This document shows positions 28,312 through 38,894 of a DNA stretch of 64,000 nt, piece after piece (position 1 is the first letter of the stretch; each line of letters starts with the position of its first letter). A program made the translations under genes and the position numbers. Origin of the DNA: a virus (lineage: Duplodnaviria; Caudoviricetes); IMG/VR virus record IMGVR_UViG_3300028591_000161, positions 19,179-83,178 of that record, one strand, 5' to 3'. The notes beneath the pieces are model-generated. The model saw only the letters and a program-made list of their open reading frames with translations. It did not search any database and had not been told where the DNA came from.

Positions 28312-29592
28312 TTATTTGATTTTCAAAGTTTGTTTGATAATATAGATGATCAACGGCGTCCATAAGAATACCTGTTGCGACATCGAATTATCAAACAATT
28401 GATCACCCGTATAGAGTGATAAATCCTGAATGGTTCTCAGTCGTCCATGAATATAATCATGAATCAATGAAATATAATCATGACGTGAGAGTTTGTATGC
28501 TCGAATACATGTTTCACGACATTTGCAACAACAGCAATTGCATTCATCACATGTACGAATGTCATTCTCAGCCGCGAGAATTTCATATACAGGCATTGGA
28601 AAATACAGATCTTCTCCTGGATTCAGACACCATTCATCACCGTAAATCATGATATCCACATCATCTCCGTATTTTGCAAAAGATGAATCTGGATAATTAT
28701 CGGCTTTGACTGTACGATATTTGAATGTTGACAGATATCGAAGCGGTGCCTCTCGTTCAATCCATTTGTAAGGAGAACGTTGATAATGGAACAACATCTC
28801 GGGATTTCGAATTTTGTTCTCATTCAACACAATGTTGCGATGACCATTGTCGCGAATCACAGTTCCTTGTCGAGCCATGAACATGTTTCCACACAGATCA
28901 AACAGCGTTCTGCCATTCAAATGCAATAGGAAACAATTATGCTTATGATCGTAGAAATTCGCAATGTAATTTTCGACCATGTCATCGATCATTTTGATCA
29001 ATCTCGACCGCAATTCGTAATCTTCTTTTCCGATAACCGGAGTCAGGTCTTCACCACCGATTGTCTGCAAATCTGTGACATATTCTCCGATAACTTGTTT
29101 CTCCAACGCTTGGAGATCTCTTGGTTCGGTTGAATACAAACTGTACGTAATGCGATACGAACCGTCTGTATTCAATCCATCCTGAATGACTTCTGTAATA
29201 CGAATCAGATGCGTCATCCGCAAATGTTCAACAACCATGAAGTCATTTTCTTTCGGCATAACAGTTCCTGGAATGATGAAACCATCGCCATTCAGTTTAT
29301 AATCCCGAACGTTGGTTGATCCAGCATTGCCGTTTTCAGGATTCAGCGGTGAAAATCCCAATATCGGGAAATGCCGAATTTTATTATATCGGAACGGTGA
29401 ATCAGTTCCAAGGATCTGATAAGCCGCATTCAATCCAACAGAATCGGTTGTGTTCCGCTCATCAATGCTGTAATATGTAACAAGCGTACGTCCCTGTCCT
29501 GTATATTTGTTGGTGCGAGAATGCATGAATTTGTCATATTTGTATATTTGCTGATCAATCAATGCGTGCTCATCATAAATAAGCTGATTCAT
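28312..29592 (-). CDS. Putative virion structural protein (head-closure/neck-like) with Cys-rich C-terminal patch
   Basis: TYYSID...LG.DSPFRYNKI..FP and IIPGTVMPKENDF pattern reminiscent of jumbo-phage virion proteins (recalled, unverified); start moved to ATG 29592 after AGGTG. Confidence 0.6.
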   Translation of the reverse strand: MNQLIYDEHALIDQQIYKYDKFMHSRTNKYTGQGRTLVTYYSIDERNTTDSVGLNAAYQILGTDSPFRYNKIRHFPILGFSPLNPENGNAGSTNVRDYKLNGDGFIIPGTVMPKENDFMVVEHLRMTHLIRITEVIQDGLNTDGSYRITYSLYSTEPRDLQALEKQVIGEYVTDLQTIGGEDLTPVIGKEDYELRSRLIKMIDDMVENYIANFYDHKHNCFLLHLNGRTLFDLCGNMFMARQGTVIRDNGHRNIVLNENKIRNPEMLFHYQRSPYKWIEREAPLRYLSTFKYRTVKADNYPDSSFAKYGDDVDIMIYGDEWCLNPGEDLYFPMPVYEILAAENDIRTCDECNCCCCKCRETCIRAYKLSRHDYISLIHDYIHGRLRTIQDLSLYTGDQLFDNSMSQQVFLWTPLIIYIIKQTLKIK

Positions 29593-29636
29593 ACCATCAC
29601 CTACTTTCTGTATAGAATAAAACGTAATAGGCACGT

Positions 29637-29650
29637 TTACAATGCGGTTT
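29637..29650 (-). promoter_or_regulatory. Putative late promoter AAAC-N7-TAA
   Basis: Minus strand TAAAC-CGCATTG-TAA 45 nt upstream of ATG 29592. Confidence 0.6.
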
Positions 29651-29675
29651 AATGAAAATATTTTATTTCTGAACA

Positions 29676-29723
29676 CATATATTATTCGGGTGCACGGATA
29701 CAAAATATTCTTCATACCGTGCA
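29676..29723 (+). promoter_or_regulatory. Putative early promoter CATATATT plus leader hairpin
   Basis: CATATATTATT (29676-29686) then TGCACGG...CCGTGCA (29691-29723) just before the RBS AAAGGA. Confidence 0.5.
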
Positions 29724-29740
29724 GAAAGGATTGATTTATT

Positions 29741-30349
29741 ATGGTACGAGTTAAGATTAATGCAAATGCACAGTCAGATGTCACTGATATGCGAGCAAAG
29801 GGATGGCATATCCTTGTATTCAGGGGACAGACTCCCGATGCGGACTTCGTAACAGCTGAAAAGAAAGATGTTCGGTTCGTCATGAGAGTCGTTAACAATG
29901 ACAATACAAAATGTGTCGAGATCACAAAATATCTCGACGGATATGTCAAAGACGTTAAGAAATTCTATGAGAACGGCTGCTATTTGAATGGCACATTGTG
30001 TATTTCGGAAGGGAAGGATACTGACCAAACGTACGCATTTTTCAGAAATGAGAAACTGCAGGAAATCATTGACGAATTCGGTCTTCGCCGAATTGTATTT
30101 CCACGTGAAGACGGCAATACATTCTCGAAGATTGTATGGACAAAAGAAGACAAACAATCGCATGGCGTACCAACTCCGATGTTTCATACCGATGGTTCAT
30201 ATGAGGACCAGGGTGTCGAGAATGATACACGCAAATGGCTTGTATCGGGTGCGTCATATATCTATGAATACGTCAGTGGTACACTGACAATCCCACAGCA
30301 GTATGATACTGAAAAAATCCGTGAGATTCTGACCAGTCTGACGGAATGA
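29741..30349 (+). CDS. Hypothetical protein (202 aa)
   Basis: RBS AAAGGA; long ORF. Confidence 0.8.
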   Translation: MVRVKINANAQSDVTDMRAKGWHILVFRGQTPDADFVTAEKKDVRFVMRVVNNDNTKCVEITKYLDGYVKDVKKFYENGCYLNGTLCISEGKDTDQTYAFFRNEKLQEIIDEFGLRRIVFPREDGNTFSKIVWTKEDKQSHGVPTPMFHTDGSYEDQGVENDTRKWLVSGASYIYEYVSGTLTIPQQYDTEKIREILTSLTE

Positions 30350-30365
30350 TCAAAGGAGGATTGGA

Positions 30366-31559
30366 ATGGCAATCCAATATAATTATCCCATCGAACAATT
30401 GGATGAATTAATCCAAGACATATATGAACGTGGGATAACTCCCATGATGACACCTGACCTCAAAGCAGAAGTCGAGCTTCGTTATCAAGAGCTGATTCAT
30501 GGTGGAGATGACGATGATGATTTCTATGACGATGAAGATGAAGATGAAAATGAAGCCAACGCATTCAGGATTGCAAAACGAAAGCATGAAGAAGCGATGG
30601 CGAAAATCGAACAGGAACGTCGAAAATCACATTCTCGAAATGTCATAATTCTGGATTTGACAGATGAAGAACAACAGGAGCTCCATGAATCGATGGAATC
30701 CTCTTATGTCAGATCGGATCCGAATTCTATCTATAATATGTCTGATGATGATATCGCCGGTGATGCAGAACGCAGAAGAATCTACAAACAGCTGCAAGGA
30801 CTGGGTAAAGTATATTATCATCAGGAAGATTATCGGAATGCGATCAATATCATTCGGGAAGCAATCGATTATTCGTTGCGGAATGATTATCCGTGGATGA
30901 CATATGAAGAAGCCTGTCGTGAATTTGCAGCAGGAAAGATTCGATATACATTTGCAGAGCTTCCAATTCTGTATATCGATTATAATACACAAATCACTGA
31001 TCCGAAGATTCTTGCAGGTATTGTATCTGGAGAAATCAATCTCATCGATAAGGATTCTGTACCGGTCAAGAAGAAGAAAGTTAAAGCAAAACCTGTTTCG
31101 ATGCCGTATGATGTTATTGGTCCAGAACAGCATGCTGAAATGGCGAGAATGCATCAGGCAGGTTTCAATACTGATATCTCCACGATTCTCAAATCACGGT
31201 CTACGATTTACAATCGTTATGTGATTCCACAATCACTTTTCCAAGAGCAGCAGCAAAAATCTGAAATGGGACCGCCGATTGACTGGTCACTGCCCGGTAC
31301 AGGTGAATCGTATTTCAATCAGGTGTACGGAAAGAAGACCAATCCGCTGAATGAAATCGTTTCGTTGTTGAATACAGAGAATGATGGAAAGCTGAATCAT
31401 TCTATCGGTCATCAGTTAAAGATGTTCACCGACTCATGGAAACCTGAAACAGTCACGGGATATTCTGTGTTATCAACATCACTGGAACAAGACAAACAAG
31501 CGGTTGAAATCGAGAAGAAGCTGATGGATCAGATCCGAATGACCAATCCAAATCTATGA
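30366..31559 (+). CDS. Hypothetical protein (397 aa) with an acidic tract
   Basis: RBS AAGGAGG; GGDDDDDFYDDEDEDENE tract followed by a helical region. Confidence 0.85.
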   Translation: MAIQYNYPIEQLDELIQDIYERGITPMMTPDLKAEVELRYQELIHGGDDDDDFYDDEDEDENEANAFRIAKRKHEEAMAKIEQERRKSHSRNVIILDLTDEEQQELHESMESSYVRSDPNSIYNMSDDDIAGDAERRRIYKQLQGLGKVYYHQEDYRNAINIIREAIDYSLRNDYPWMTYEEACREFAAGKIRYTFAELPILYIDYNTQITDPKILAGIVSGEINLIDKDSVPVKKKKVKAKPVSMPYDVIGPEQHAEMARMHQAGFNTDISTILKSRSTIYNRYVIPQSLFQEQQQKSEMGPPIDWSLPGTGESYFNQVYGKKTNPLNEIVSLLNTENDGKLNHSIGHQLKMFTDSWKPETVTGYSVLSTSLEQDKQAVEIEKKLMDQIRMTNPNL

Positions 31560-31633
31560 CAAAACAGTAAATCATGACCTATACCGTTCCCGTGTATATG
31601 GTTCATGACAACTTCTCCTTCTCGAAAGGATAT

Positions 31634-31655
31634 TGGCGGGGCGAAAGCCCCGCCA
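31634..31655. terminator. Bidirectional intrinsic terminator
   Basis: TGGCGGGGC-GAAA-GCCCCGCCA then T-rich run, between convergent genes. Confidence 0.8.
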
Positions 31656-31669
31656 CATCCTTTATTTTT

Positions 31670-34600
31670 TTATTCGATTTTGATTGCTGTTGTGTTCGGA
31701 ATCGTGGAATGCAACCAGTTTCCAGCAAATCGTTCATGAATCAGTACATGTGTTCCAGGTCTGATCATCGGGATGATTTGTTGTGTTTTGTCAGTCTCAT
31801 CAATCTTTCCATATTTGGATGTAGAGATGTACAATGTGAAGCAATCATCAGACAAACCTGTTGCGTATACTTCATAACCATCTGCCACTTTCTCAACATG
31901 AAGTGATTGCGCTTCACCGACGGTGTCAATATATGCGGACATGTGTTTGAATGGTGTCACACCATCAAGACCTTCACGTTTCCATACTTTGTCAAATGTA
32001 TGGAGAATTTCCCGATTTGGAATTTCTTGGAATCCAATATCCGATGTGCGAAGATTGAATATCGACACACCATTGATTGTCGGGATGTTGTGAAGCTCCA
32101 AATAAGATGTAACTTCAGGCTGTACGATATAATTCATGATGTCCGTCTCATAATCATGATTGTGTGCATCACGAATCTTCTCGTACAGATATGTGTCAAA
32201 GTCAGAATGTGTATCCTGATTGAACATGAATGTCACAGATTGATCCACAATATCAGCACGTTTCCGGAGAATCTCCAGATAAGAGGAATATGTATTGCCA
32301 TCAAAGTCGATGTATGTTGGTCCCAACCGGTTGATCATATTTGGCATGATATCATCCACCAGTTCAATCACATCCAGATTCTTCAATGATGTCATATTCC
32401 GAAGTTGGAATGTGGTTGGTGACAGAATGATGATTTGATCCGGATTCGATACGTATCGTCCATTCACCCAGAACTCATAACGATCACGAGATAACGGTGT
32501 TGGAATCAATCCGGTAAGATCAATCACACCGTTAGATGGAATCTTCTGAGTTGCATATCGACAGATGCCGATAAAGTTTGAACGAATTGACTCGACGTCT
32601 GTATTTGATACCAGATCGGGAACGAAACGGTTTTGTGGTTTGTTTGTCAGCACGTTACCGACCGGATATCTGATGTCATGTGCTTTGTCGTAATAGTATA
32701 CGTACATATCGTCATGTCCAGAGTTATCCGTCTCAACAGTATGTGATGTATCGCGTGCATAGTGATTGCTTAACGTGATATATGTTGACCCATCCAGAAT
32801 GACATCCTGATGTGGTAACAACGCAACACGTTTTGGAATCAGTTTATATGCAATATCCGGTGTTGCTGGGAGAAGAATCCATGGACCAACATCAGGTGTG
32901 GATATACGTTCAGATGATACTGAAACGCGATACACGCCGCCAATCATGGGATGTGATCTGTTTGGAATAATTGTACAGGTGTATTCCCGATTTTGATAAT
33001 CTGGCATAACCGCATTTTGAATTACGATGCCATCATCCGTTGTGATGCCGGTGAACATGACGCTTGATGCACTCTTTCCGAATGTTACATAGTCATTGTC
33101 ATCCACAGCAATCAATGTAACAGTATGGCCAACTTCGTAATTGTCAACAGCATGGATCGAAGAAACAGCATATGAAACATTGAGATGATTCTGTTCCATA
33201 GAGTTATATTCCAAAGGATCTTCGATATAGATATCAAAATCTCCATAGGTATATTCTGTGGCGCTGGTATGCACAATCAAATCTCCGAATCGGATTGGAG
33301 AACCTGTCGTATATCGTCCAGAACGGTTTGGACGTTCAAATACGAAACCATTGACCGAACCAAACGATTCTGGCAATGGTTGCAAGTTGCCGGTTCGATA
33401 TGTTTCATTCTCATCGTAGTGTTTTCTGATACGAATGTTCTCATACATGTTCTTCTCGTCATTGATGTCTGCTTTGTACACCGTCAGAACAGGTTGGAAT
33501 CGAACAACACATCCCATATCGTTCAATGGAATATTGTCGAATACATCCGATGTTTCATATGCAAAGTAAATCAGAATCCGTTTCGACTTGAATGACGCAT
33601 CGGCAAATGTAATACACATCGTTGTCAGAACATTGTCCGTGTTGGAACTGCATACTGGATCAATTGAGATGTCATCTTCCATCAATGTCTCAACAGAGTA
33701 CATGATTGGATTAATCCATTCCTTTGCATCCCAATCATACAGCAGTACTTGCAATTGATCGGAATATGGAATATCTTGTACATGTGGAATGAATGTCTTT
33801 GCAAGTTTTGCACGACCATTGTTGATATACACCAATGCATCGTCATATGCTCTGACATTATACCAGGTTGTCGGAGTTTCCAATTGCTTCAAATATTCAT
33901 CCATTCTGTTCGTGTAATCTTGCCAATACTTCAGTTTCAGCTCTTTGTCTTCAATCTTCAAACGAATCTCTTGACGGCGCTCTTCGGTTGACGCATATGA
34001 AAGTTGTCTATACAACGATACAATCTGCATCGAGAATTGATTTGCCGCCATGACACCCTTTGAAGCTTCTCGTAAAAAGACTTCACGTTCTTCATTCCAA
34101 ACGATATGATCATCCGGTTCTGAACGAAGAATCTCATACAACTCTGGCAATGTAAATGGATTGAAATTGTGATTGATCATGTTTACATAGATTTCTCGAT
34201 CTTCCGTTACAACCTCACCGGATCCGATGTACACGAAATGATGACGAACATCTGTATCAACATGGAACCGATTCGGAATTTCATCATGGAACATCCAAGC
34301 CAATCGTGTATACACGTATTCAGAATTCGATTGTACATAAAGTGGGTCGCCGGGAAGTTCGACCATTGTACCATCTTTTTTCTTACGAAGTTCCGGAATC
34401 ATATACACCGATCCGTCATATTCGGAAAACTCGTCCAAGAAGTTGCGGATGTTGTCATCCACGACGGTACAATTGATGTCGGTCGTCAGGTATTTATGCA
34501 TGACTTCCGGATCATTTGTTTCAAACCATTTTGTATGCTGCAGGTCGACTTTTGCCTCAATAAAACCACGTTCCAACGAATGGTCTATTGCCGTGATTAC

Positions 34601-37600
34601 GATTGGGAATAATGACAGACCGTCATCAGTCACAACGTAAACTGTCTGACCTTCGAAGTATTTACCGCCAATGGATGTAATTATGCCACCAGTGGGTTCG
34701 ATATGATATACATCACACGCACGGAAATGCATCGTTTGTGTTGGACGATTACTTTCGTCAACAACCGCAAGACGATTCATCTGTTCACATGACAGATACA
34801 TCTTATCGATTGGACCTTGGAGTTCGAAGATGTATGGTGAGCAATATTCGGATGTATGCTCGAGTGGTGTGAAATGATTTCCACACAACAACTCATAATG
34901 CAACTCGGCATGACGTTCCTGAATAATATCCGATCCGTCTACATCAAATGTCTCATGAACGTTCATCGTTTCGATCGGAACAGACTGACTGTTCAGATAC
35001 CGACGTGAATCATATTTAACATCGGACGATAAGCCGATTTTCGTGAATGATACATTCACATCGTTGAATATATGAATCTGGTTACCATTTGCATCATACA
35101 ATACGATTGTCACTGTTGTATCTTCACCAGACACGAAAGCATTCTCACAGGTTGGAATGATCTCTGTGATATAACTTACACCTGATGATCTATCACATTT
35201 GACTTGTGCCAACATCGCATAGATTTTATCCGAAACCGGATGAATATCCCATGCAACATGTGGATCGTCAGATGATATCTGGATTTCAGCATATGCCGGT
35301 ACGCCGTTTACCTGCTGGACAAATGGAATCTTATTCATGACATAGAAATCAAAAATGTAATTCTGAATAACATCGTCACAGAATGCAACCAATGTGTCGA
35401 TATACGATGTCTGAACATTACGCAAGAAATCGTCAATCACTGGTTGGATTGAATCAATCCGAGTATTCGCAATCAAAACGGATGCTTTGAAATTCCGAAT
35501 CGCATTACTAAGCTCGATACTTCCGTATGGTTTGTTCGGATTGTCAGTCAGATATGCATTCAGATTGTCAACAGTTTCCATATCGATGTCAGCCAACCAT
35601 TGTTTGTATTCATAAAGACCCATTGTTGTTTGAATCTGTTTCAGATGGATGTACAGCTCTCGCACATTTCGAATTGCAAACCGATCAAATCCAGACCATT
35701 CATGGATTTTACGAAGCATCATCAGTAAACGTTGTGTATTCGTAAAGATATTTGACTCGGTTCCTTGGGATGTAATGGTACCTTTGACAAATGGCAGCAT
35801 TGATTCCAATTCAGTCAATTTGAAATAGACTGGGTTTGATGTGTGTACACTCATGAACTGTTCGACCACATTTGCCGCACCAGCAGAATGGAATTGCAGA
35901 TCAGAACCACGTGTTGCAATATAATGTTGGATATCACGGGTTCGTTTTTCGATCATGTTCTTCATAGACGTAATGATCGGTTGACAATTCCAGCAACTCT
36001 TGTAGTTGGTTGTCAATTCACTAATCCCATCATATACTTCTGCCAAGAAGATGGATACCAGCGAAGCAAGTTGCGCGTCATCATAGTACGTTGTGATTGG
36101 ATGCTCACCCATGCACCCAGAAATGTTAGAATACTGAATGTAGTGTTCTGTATCAACACCCTCGGATGTCAGCATATAGAATGGAGACATTGATCGATAT
36201 GTATTGAACACGAACGGATACCGAACGATGTTACCAGACGGATCAATCGCAGTATATGTCGATGGATTCAGAGGGAACTGTAAACCATTAAAGATTTTCA
36301 GATCCGTTGTATCTGGTAAGGAAGCGTAAGATACATCAGGAGACAATGTTGTTGTTGGTGAATATGATATGACAGAATAATTGATATCTTCTTCTTTCAG
36401 ATCAATATCAATATCAGACAGCTTCAGATCAGCATATCGAGGATAGAATTCCTTTCTCGTGATCGCATTCAGCAAGAATGATTGCATCCGATTCTGATTG
36501 CCATAATACAATGACAATGTATAGAAAAGGAAATTGATTGTGAATGGAGCACGTATAGAAGTTTCGGTATACCCATCGATATTGTCGGAAGTCACATTCG
36601 ACAACTCGTAATTTACATCCGAAGCATATTCAAGGAAGATATCTCCGTCAAGCTTGTGTTTCATGATTTTTGTGATGATTGCAAGCTCTGAAATCTGATC
36701 ACGTGTGCGGTAGAACATGTGACACAACTTCATCAACCGGTTGGATACGTCCCAGTATCGGATATAACCCATGTGCTTCTCGACTTCTTTTGAGAACAGA
36801 TCGAAATCGAGCAGCTGTTCATCCGTCATTTCTGACATAACTGGTTCAGAAGGATTCTCGGTATCTGTGTACAGATATAAGAATTTGAATAGTTCATCAC
36901 CATTCAATTCCGTATCAATGTAGAACATGTTGTCAATACCATGGAAATGTTTGATATTCGGGAGATCAAACACCCAACAACCATAACCTTCGTTGGTGTT
37001 GTACCGAAGTGGAATGAAACATTGTTCAGACACCGGACGATTCACACATACTGGCATTGCTGGGAAGAAGTCTGGATATGTCACCTGACCGAATGTAGAA
37101 AACGGAGGTTTATTCAACGGCTCGCAGATCTTCTTCATGAGCAGTTCATAGTTATCACCATACAACAGCTCGAATGAATGTTCCTGAATGGATTCATAGG
37201 TCGGTTGACAAAACGCGAGTGTATTGAAACGTTCGATTTCATTTTCAAATGTTGAAATCAGATCTAACGGTATCAACGCAGTCATCATTGCTCCGGCAGT
37301 ATAATGTGTATATGCCATATAGAGCGTATTGAAGATACTCCGGGACAAATCCAGCACATTTGTCTGATACCAGTCTTGTACAGATTGTCCTTCCTTGAGC
37401 GGTGGATTTTTTGTGTTTACATTATTTCCGAGAGCACGAATTGCGAGTCTGACTGACTCCATATCAGATTTCACTTTGTAGCAGCTCGTAATCACAGTAT
37501 GACGGTTGTCATCTTGAGATACATGGGACAACGAAATCGGAGGTGTACAGATAGGAAGTTTCTCATCAATCTGTTGATTCTGTAAAGCGATTCGTTTTCC

Positions 37601-38647
37601 CTCATTACTCGCAACACGTCCATAGTCTTCCGTGTATGCATATTTACCCGACATCATGTCGTAGTAATTTACAGCAGGGAAAATACCAGGGACTTCACGA
37701 AGATATTTCAGAATGTAGATACGAATCTTTGCAGTTGTCGACTTGTAATTTGTGAAATCCTGATATGTTTTGGCTTGCAGATTCGGGCATCTCAAACCAG
37801 TTTCTGTGAAATATCCGAAGTTCGGAGCAATCACAACAGACTTCCGAACAACGGTATCCATTATCTGGAGAATCGCATTTTTACCAATCACATACTCAGG
37901 ATTCAAGCCGAGCTCTTCATACGAGATCTCACGGTCTGAACGGATTTTGTTTGTATCGATGTCAACATCATACACGAAGGACTCATCGAGTTTCATGATC
38001 ATAAACTCAACATCAGCAGAATATCTCCAACCAATCTTGAATCGAAAACCCTGTTCAGAGATGCCGACATACCAATCATCGGACATAAATCCATTTGTGC
38101 AACAGATAATTGTGAATCCGAGAATCTTGGAGATCTCGTCTGACAAGAACCTGTCTGCAGGCATGAAGTATTGACTTTCCGTTTCATAGAAAGCATGCAA
38201 CTTTTGACGGACAAATTCATCTCTTTCGCCAAAGTGCATCTGTGCAAATGGGACATCGATGATGTAATAATGATCATATTTGTCATGAGATACATGACGT
38301 TTATCATTATATTTGTACTTGGCAATGACTGCATGGGTATTCACCATCATATTACCCATAGCATTCTGCAAAGTAGCACGATATGTTTCAATCAATGATT
38401 GGTCAATATCTTCAAAGGTATAATTCGATTTTGTCATCAGATCGAAATATTGCTGATACCCTGTGTAGTTGCCGATGACATTATACGGTTGCTCATCCAG
38501 CAATGTAGAGAACGTCTCGGTCAGCTGTGTATACCGATCATTGATCGTCTTCCATTTTGTATCATTGAATGTCCTGGTCCCATTTCGGATACCTGTCAGG
38601 TATCTATGGTATTTATTGAACCAGGCTTTATAGTTCATAATACTCAT
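31670..38647 (-). CDS. Very large probable virion structural protein (about 2325 aa; baseplate/tail-associated?)
   Basis: Uninterrupted 7-kb ORF; RBS AAGGAG before ATG 38647; late-type motif upstream; no enzyme motif recognised. Confidence 0.75.
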   Translation of the reverse strand: MSIMNYKAWFNKYHRYLTGIRNGTRTFNDTKWKTINDRYTQLTETFSTLLDEQPYNVIGNYTGYQQYFDLMTKSNYTFEDIDQSLIETYRATLQNAMGNMMVNTHAVIAKYKYNDKRHVSHDKYDHYYIIDVPFAQMHFGERDEFVRQKLHAFYETESQYFMPADRFLSDEISKILGFTIICCTNGFMSDDWYVGISEQGFRFKIGWRYSADVEFMIMKLDESFVYDVDIDTNKIRSDREISYEELGLNPEYVIGKNAILQIMDTVVRKSVVIAPNFGYFTETGLRCPNLQAKTYQDFTNYKSTTAKIRIYILKYLREVPGIFPAVNYYDMMSGKYAYTEDYGRVASNEGKRIALQNQQIDEKLPICTPPISLSHVSQDDNRHTVITSCYKVKSDMESVRLAIRALGNNVNTKNPPLKEGQSVQDWYQTNVLDLSRSIFNTLYMAYTHYTAGAMMTALIPLDLISTFENEIERFNTLAFCQPTYESIQEHSFELLYGDNYELLMKKICEPLNKPPFSTFGQVTYPDFFPAMPVCVNRPVSEQCFIPLRYNTNEGYGCWVFDLPNIKHFHGIDNMFYIDTELNGDELFKFLYLYTDTENPSEPVMSEMTDEQLLDFDLFSKEVEKHMGYIRYWDVSNRLMKLCHMFYRTRDQISELAIITKIMKHKLDGDIFLEYASDVNYELSNVTSDNIDGYTETSIRAPFTINFLFYTLSLYYGNQNRMQSFLLNAITRKEFYPRYADLKLSDIDIDLKEEDINYSVISYSPTTTLSPDVSYASLPDTTDLKIFNGLQFPLNPSTYTAIDPSGNIVRYPFVFNTYRSMSPFYMLTSEGVDTEHYIQYSNISGCMGEHPITTYYDDAQLASLVSIFLAEVYDGISELTTNYKSCWNCQPIITSMKNMIEKRTRDIQHYIATRGSDLQFHSAGAANVVEQFMSVHTSNPVYFKLTELESMLPFVKGTITSQGTESNIFTNTQRLLMMLRKIHEWSGFDRFAIRNVRELYIHLKQIQTTMGLYEYKQWLADIDMETVDNLNAYLTDNPNKPYGSIELSNAIRNFKASVLIANTRIDSIQPVIDDFLRNVQTSYIDTLVAFCDDVIQNYIFDFYVMNKIPFVQQVNGVPAYAEIQISSDDPHVAWDIHPVSDKIYAMLAQVKCDRSSGVSYITEIIPTCENAFVSGEDTTVTIVLYDANGNQIHIFNDVNVSFTKIGLSSDVKYDSRRYLNSQSVPIETMNVHETFDVDGSDIIQERHAELHYELLCGNHFTPLEHTSEYCSPYIFELQGPIDKMYLSCEQMNRLAVVDESNRPTQTMHFRACDVYHIEPTGGIITSIGGKYFEGQTVYVVTDDGLSLFPIVITAIDHSLERGFIEAKVDLQHTKWFETNDPEVMHKYLTTDINCTVVDDNIRNFLDEFSEYDGSVYMIPELRKKKDGTMVELPGDPLYVQSNSEYVYTRLAWMFHDEIPNRFHVDTDVRHHFVYIGSGEVVTEDREIYVNMINHNFNPFTLPELYEILRSEPDDHIVWNEEREVFLREASKGVMAANQFSMQIVSLYRQLSYASTEERRQEIRLKIEDKELKLKYWQDYTNRMDEYLKQLETPTTWYNVRAYDDALVYINNGRAKLAKTFIPHVQDIPYSDQLQVLLYDWDAKEWINPIMYSVETLMEDDISIDPVCSSNTDNVLTTMCITFADASFKSKRILIYFAYETSDVFDNIPLNDMGCVVRFQPVLTVYKADINDEKNMYENIRIRKHYDENETYRTGNLQPLPESFGSVNGFVFERPNRSGRYTTGSPIRFGDLIVHTSATEYTYGDFDIYIEDPLEYNSMEQNHLNVSYAVSSIHAVDNYEVGHTVTLIAVDDNDYVTFGKSASSVMFTGITTDDGIVIQNAVMPDYQNREYTCTIIPNRSHPMIGGVYRVSVSSERISTPDVGPWILLPATPDIAYKLIPKRVALLPHQDVILDGSTYITLSNHYARDTSHTVETDNSGHDDMYVYYYDKAHDIRYPVGNVLTNKPQNRFVPDLVSNTDVESIRSNFIGICRYATQKIPSNGVIDLTGLIPTPLSRDRYEFWVNGRYVSNPDQIIILSPTTFQLRNMTSLKNLDVIELVDDIMPNMINRLGPTYIDFDGNTYSSYLEILRKRADIVDQSVTFMFNQDTHSDFDTYLYEKIRDAHNHDYETDIMNYIVQPEVTSYLELHNIPTINGVSIFNLRTSDIGFQEIPNREILHTFDKVWKREGLDGVTPFKHMSAYIDTVGEAQSLHVEKVADGYEVYATGLSDDCFTLYISTSKYGKIDETDKTQQIIPMIRPGTHVLIHERFAGNWLHSTIPNTTAIKIE

Positions 38648-38671
38648 GAAGGATGCTCCTTTCATTTAAAG

Positions 38672-38686
38672 TTACAGAACCGTTTT
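38672..38686 (-). promoter_or_regulatory. Putative late promoter AAAC-N7-TAA
   Basis: Minus strand AAAAC-GGTTCTG-TAA 25 nt upstream of ATG 38647. Confidence 0.65.
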
Positions 38687-38689
38687 TAA

Positions 38690-38710
38690 TGTGGGGCATA
38701 TAGCCCCACA
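38690..38710. terminator. Terminator-like hairpin
   Basis: TGTGGGGC-ATATA-GCCCCACA. Confidence 0.6.
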
Positions 38711-38894
38711 AAATCACGATTTTCATATATATATTATTATTATGAATAGAAGATAAATGCATTCAATTCCCAGGTGATAGCGGAGAATTGAATTAGTCAT
38801 TATCTAATATTCATAATACACAATAAAACATAGACGGCGTAAAAGCTTAACGCCGTCGCATCGCCGCTTCAGCGGCAGAAAGTGAAGGTACATT

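Noticed and set aside
31574-31906. 110-aa plus-strand ORF after the 397-aa gene
   Set aside because: It runs through a terminator and into the convergent giant gene; no convincing RBS.
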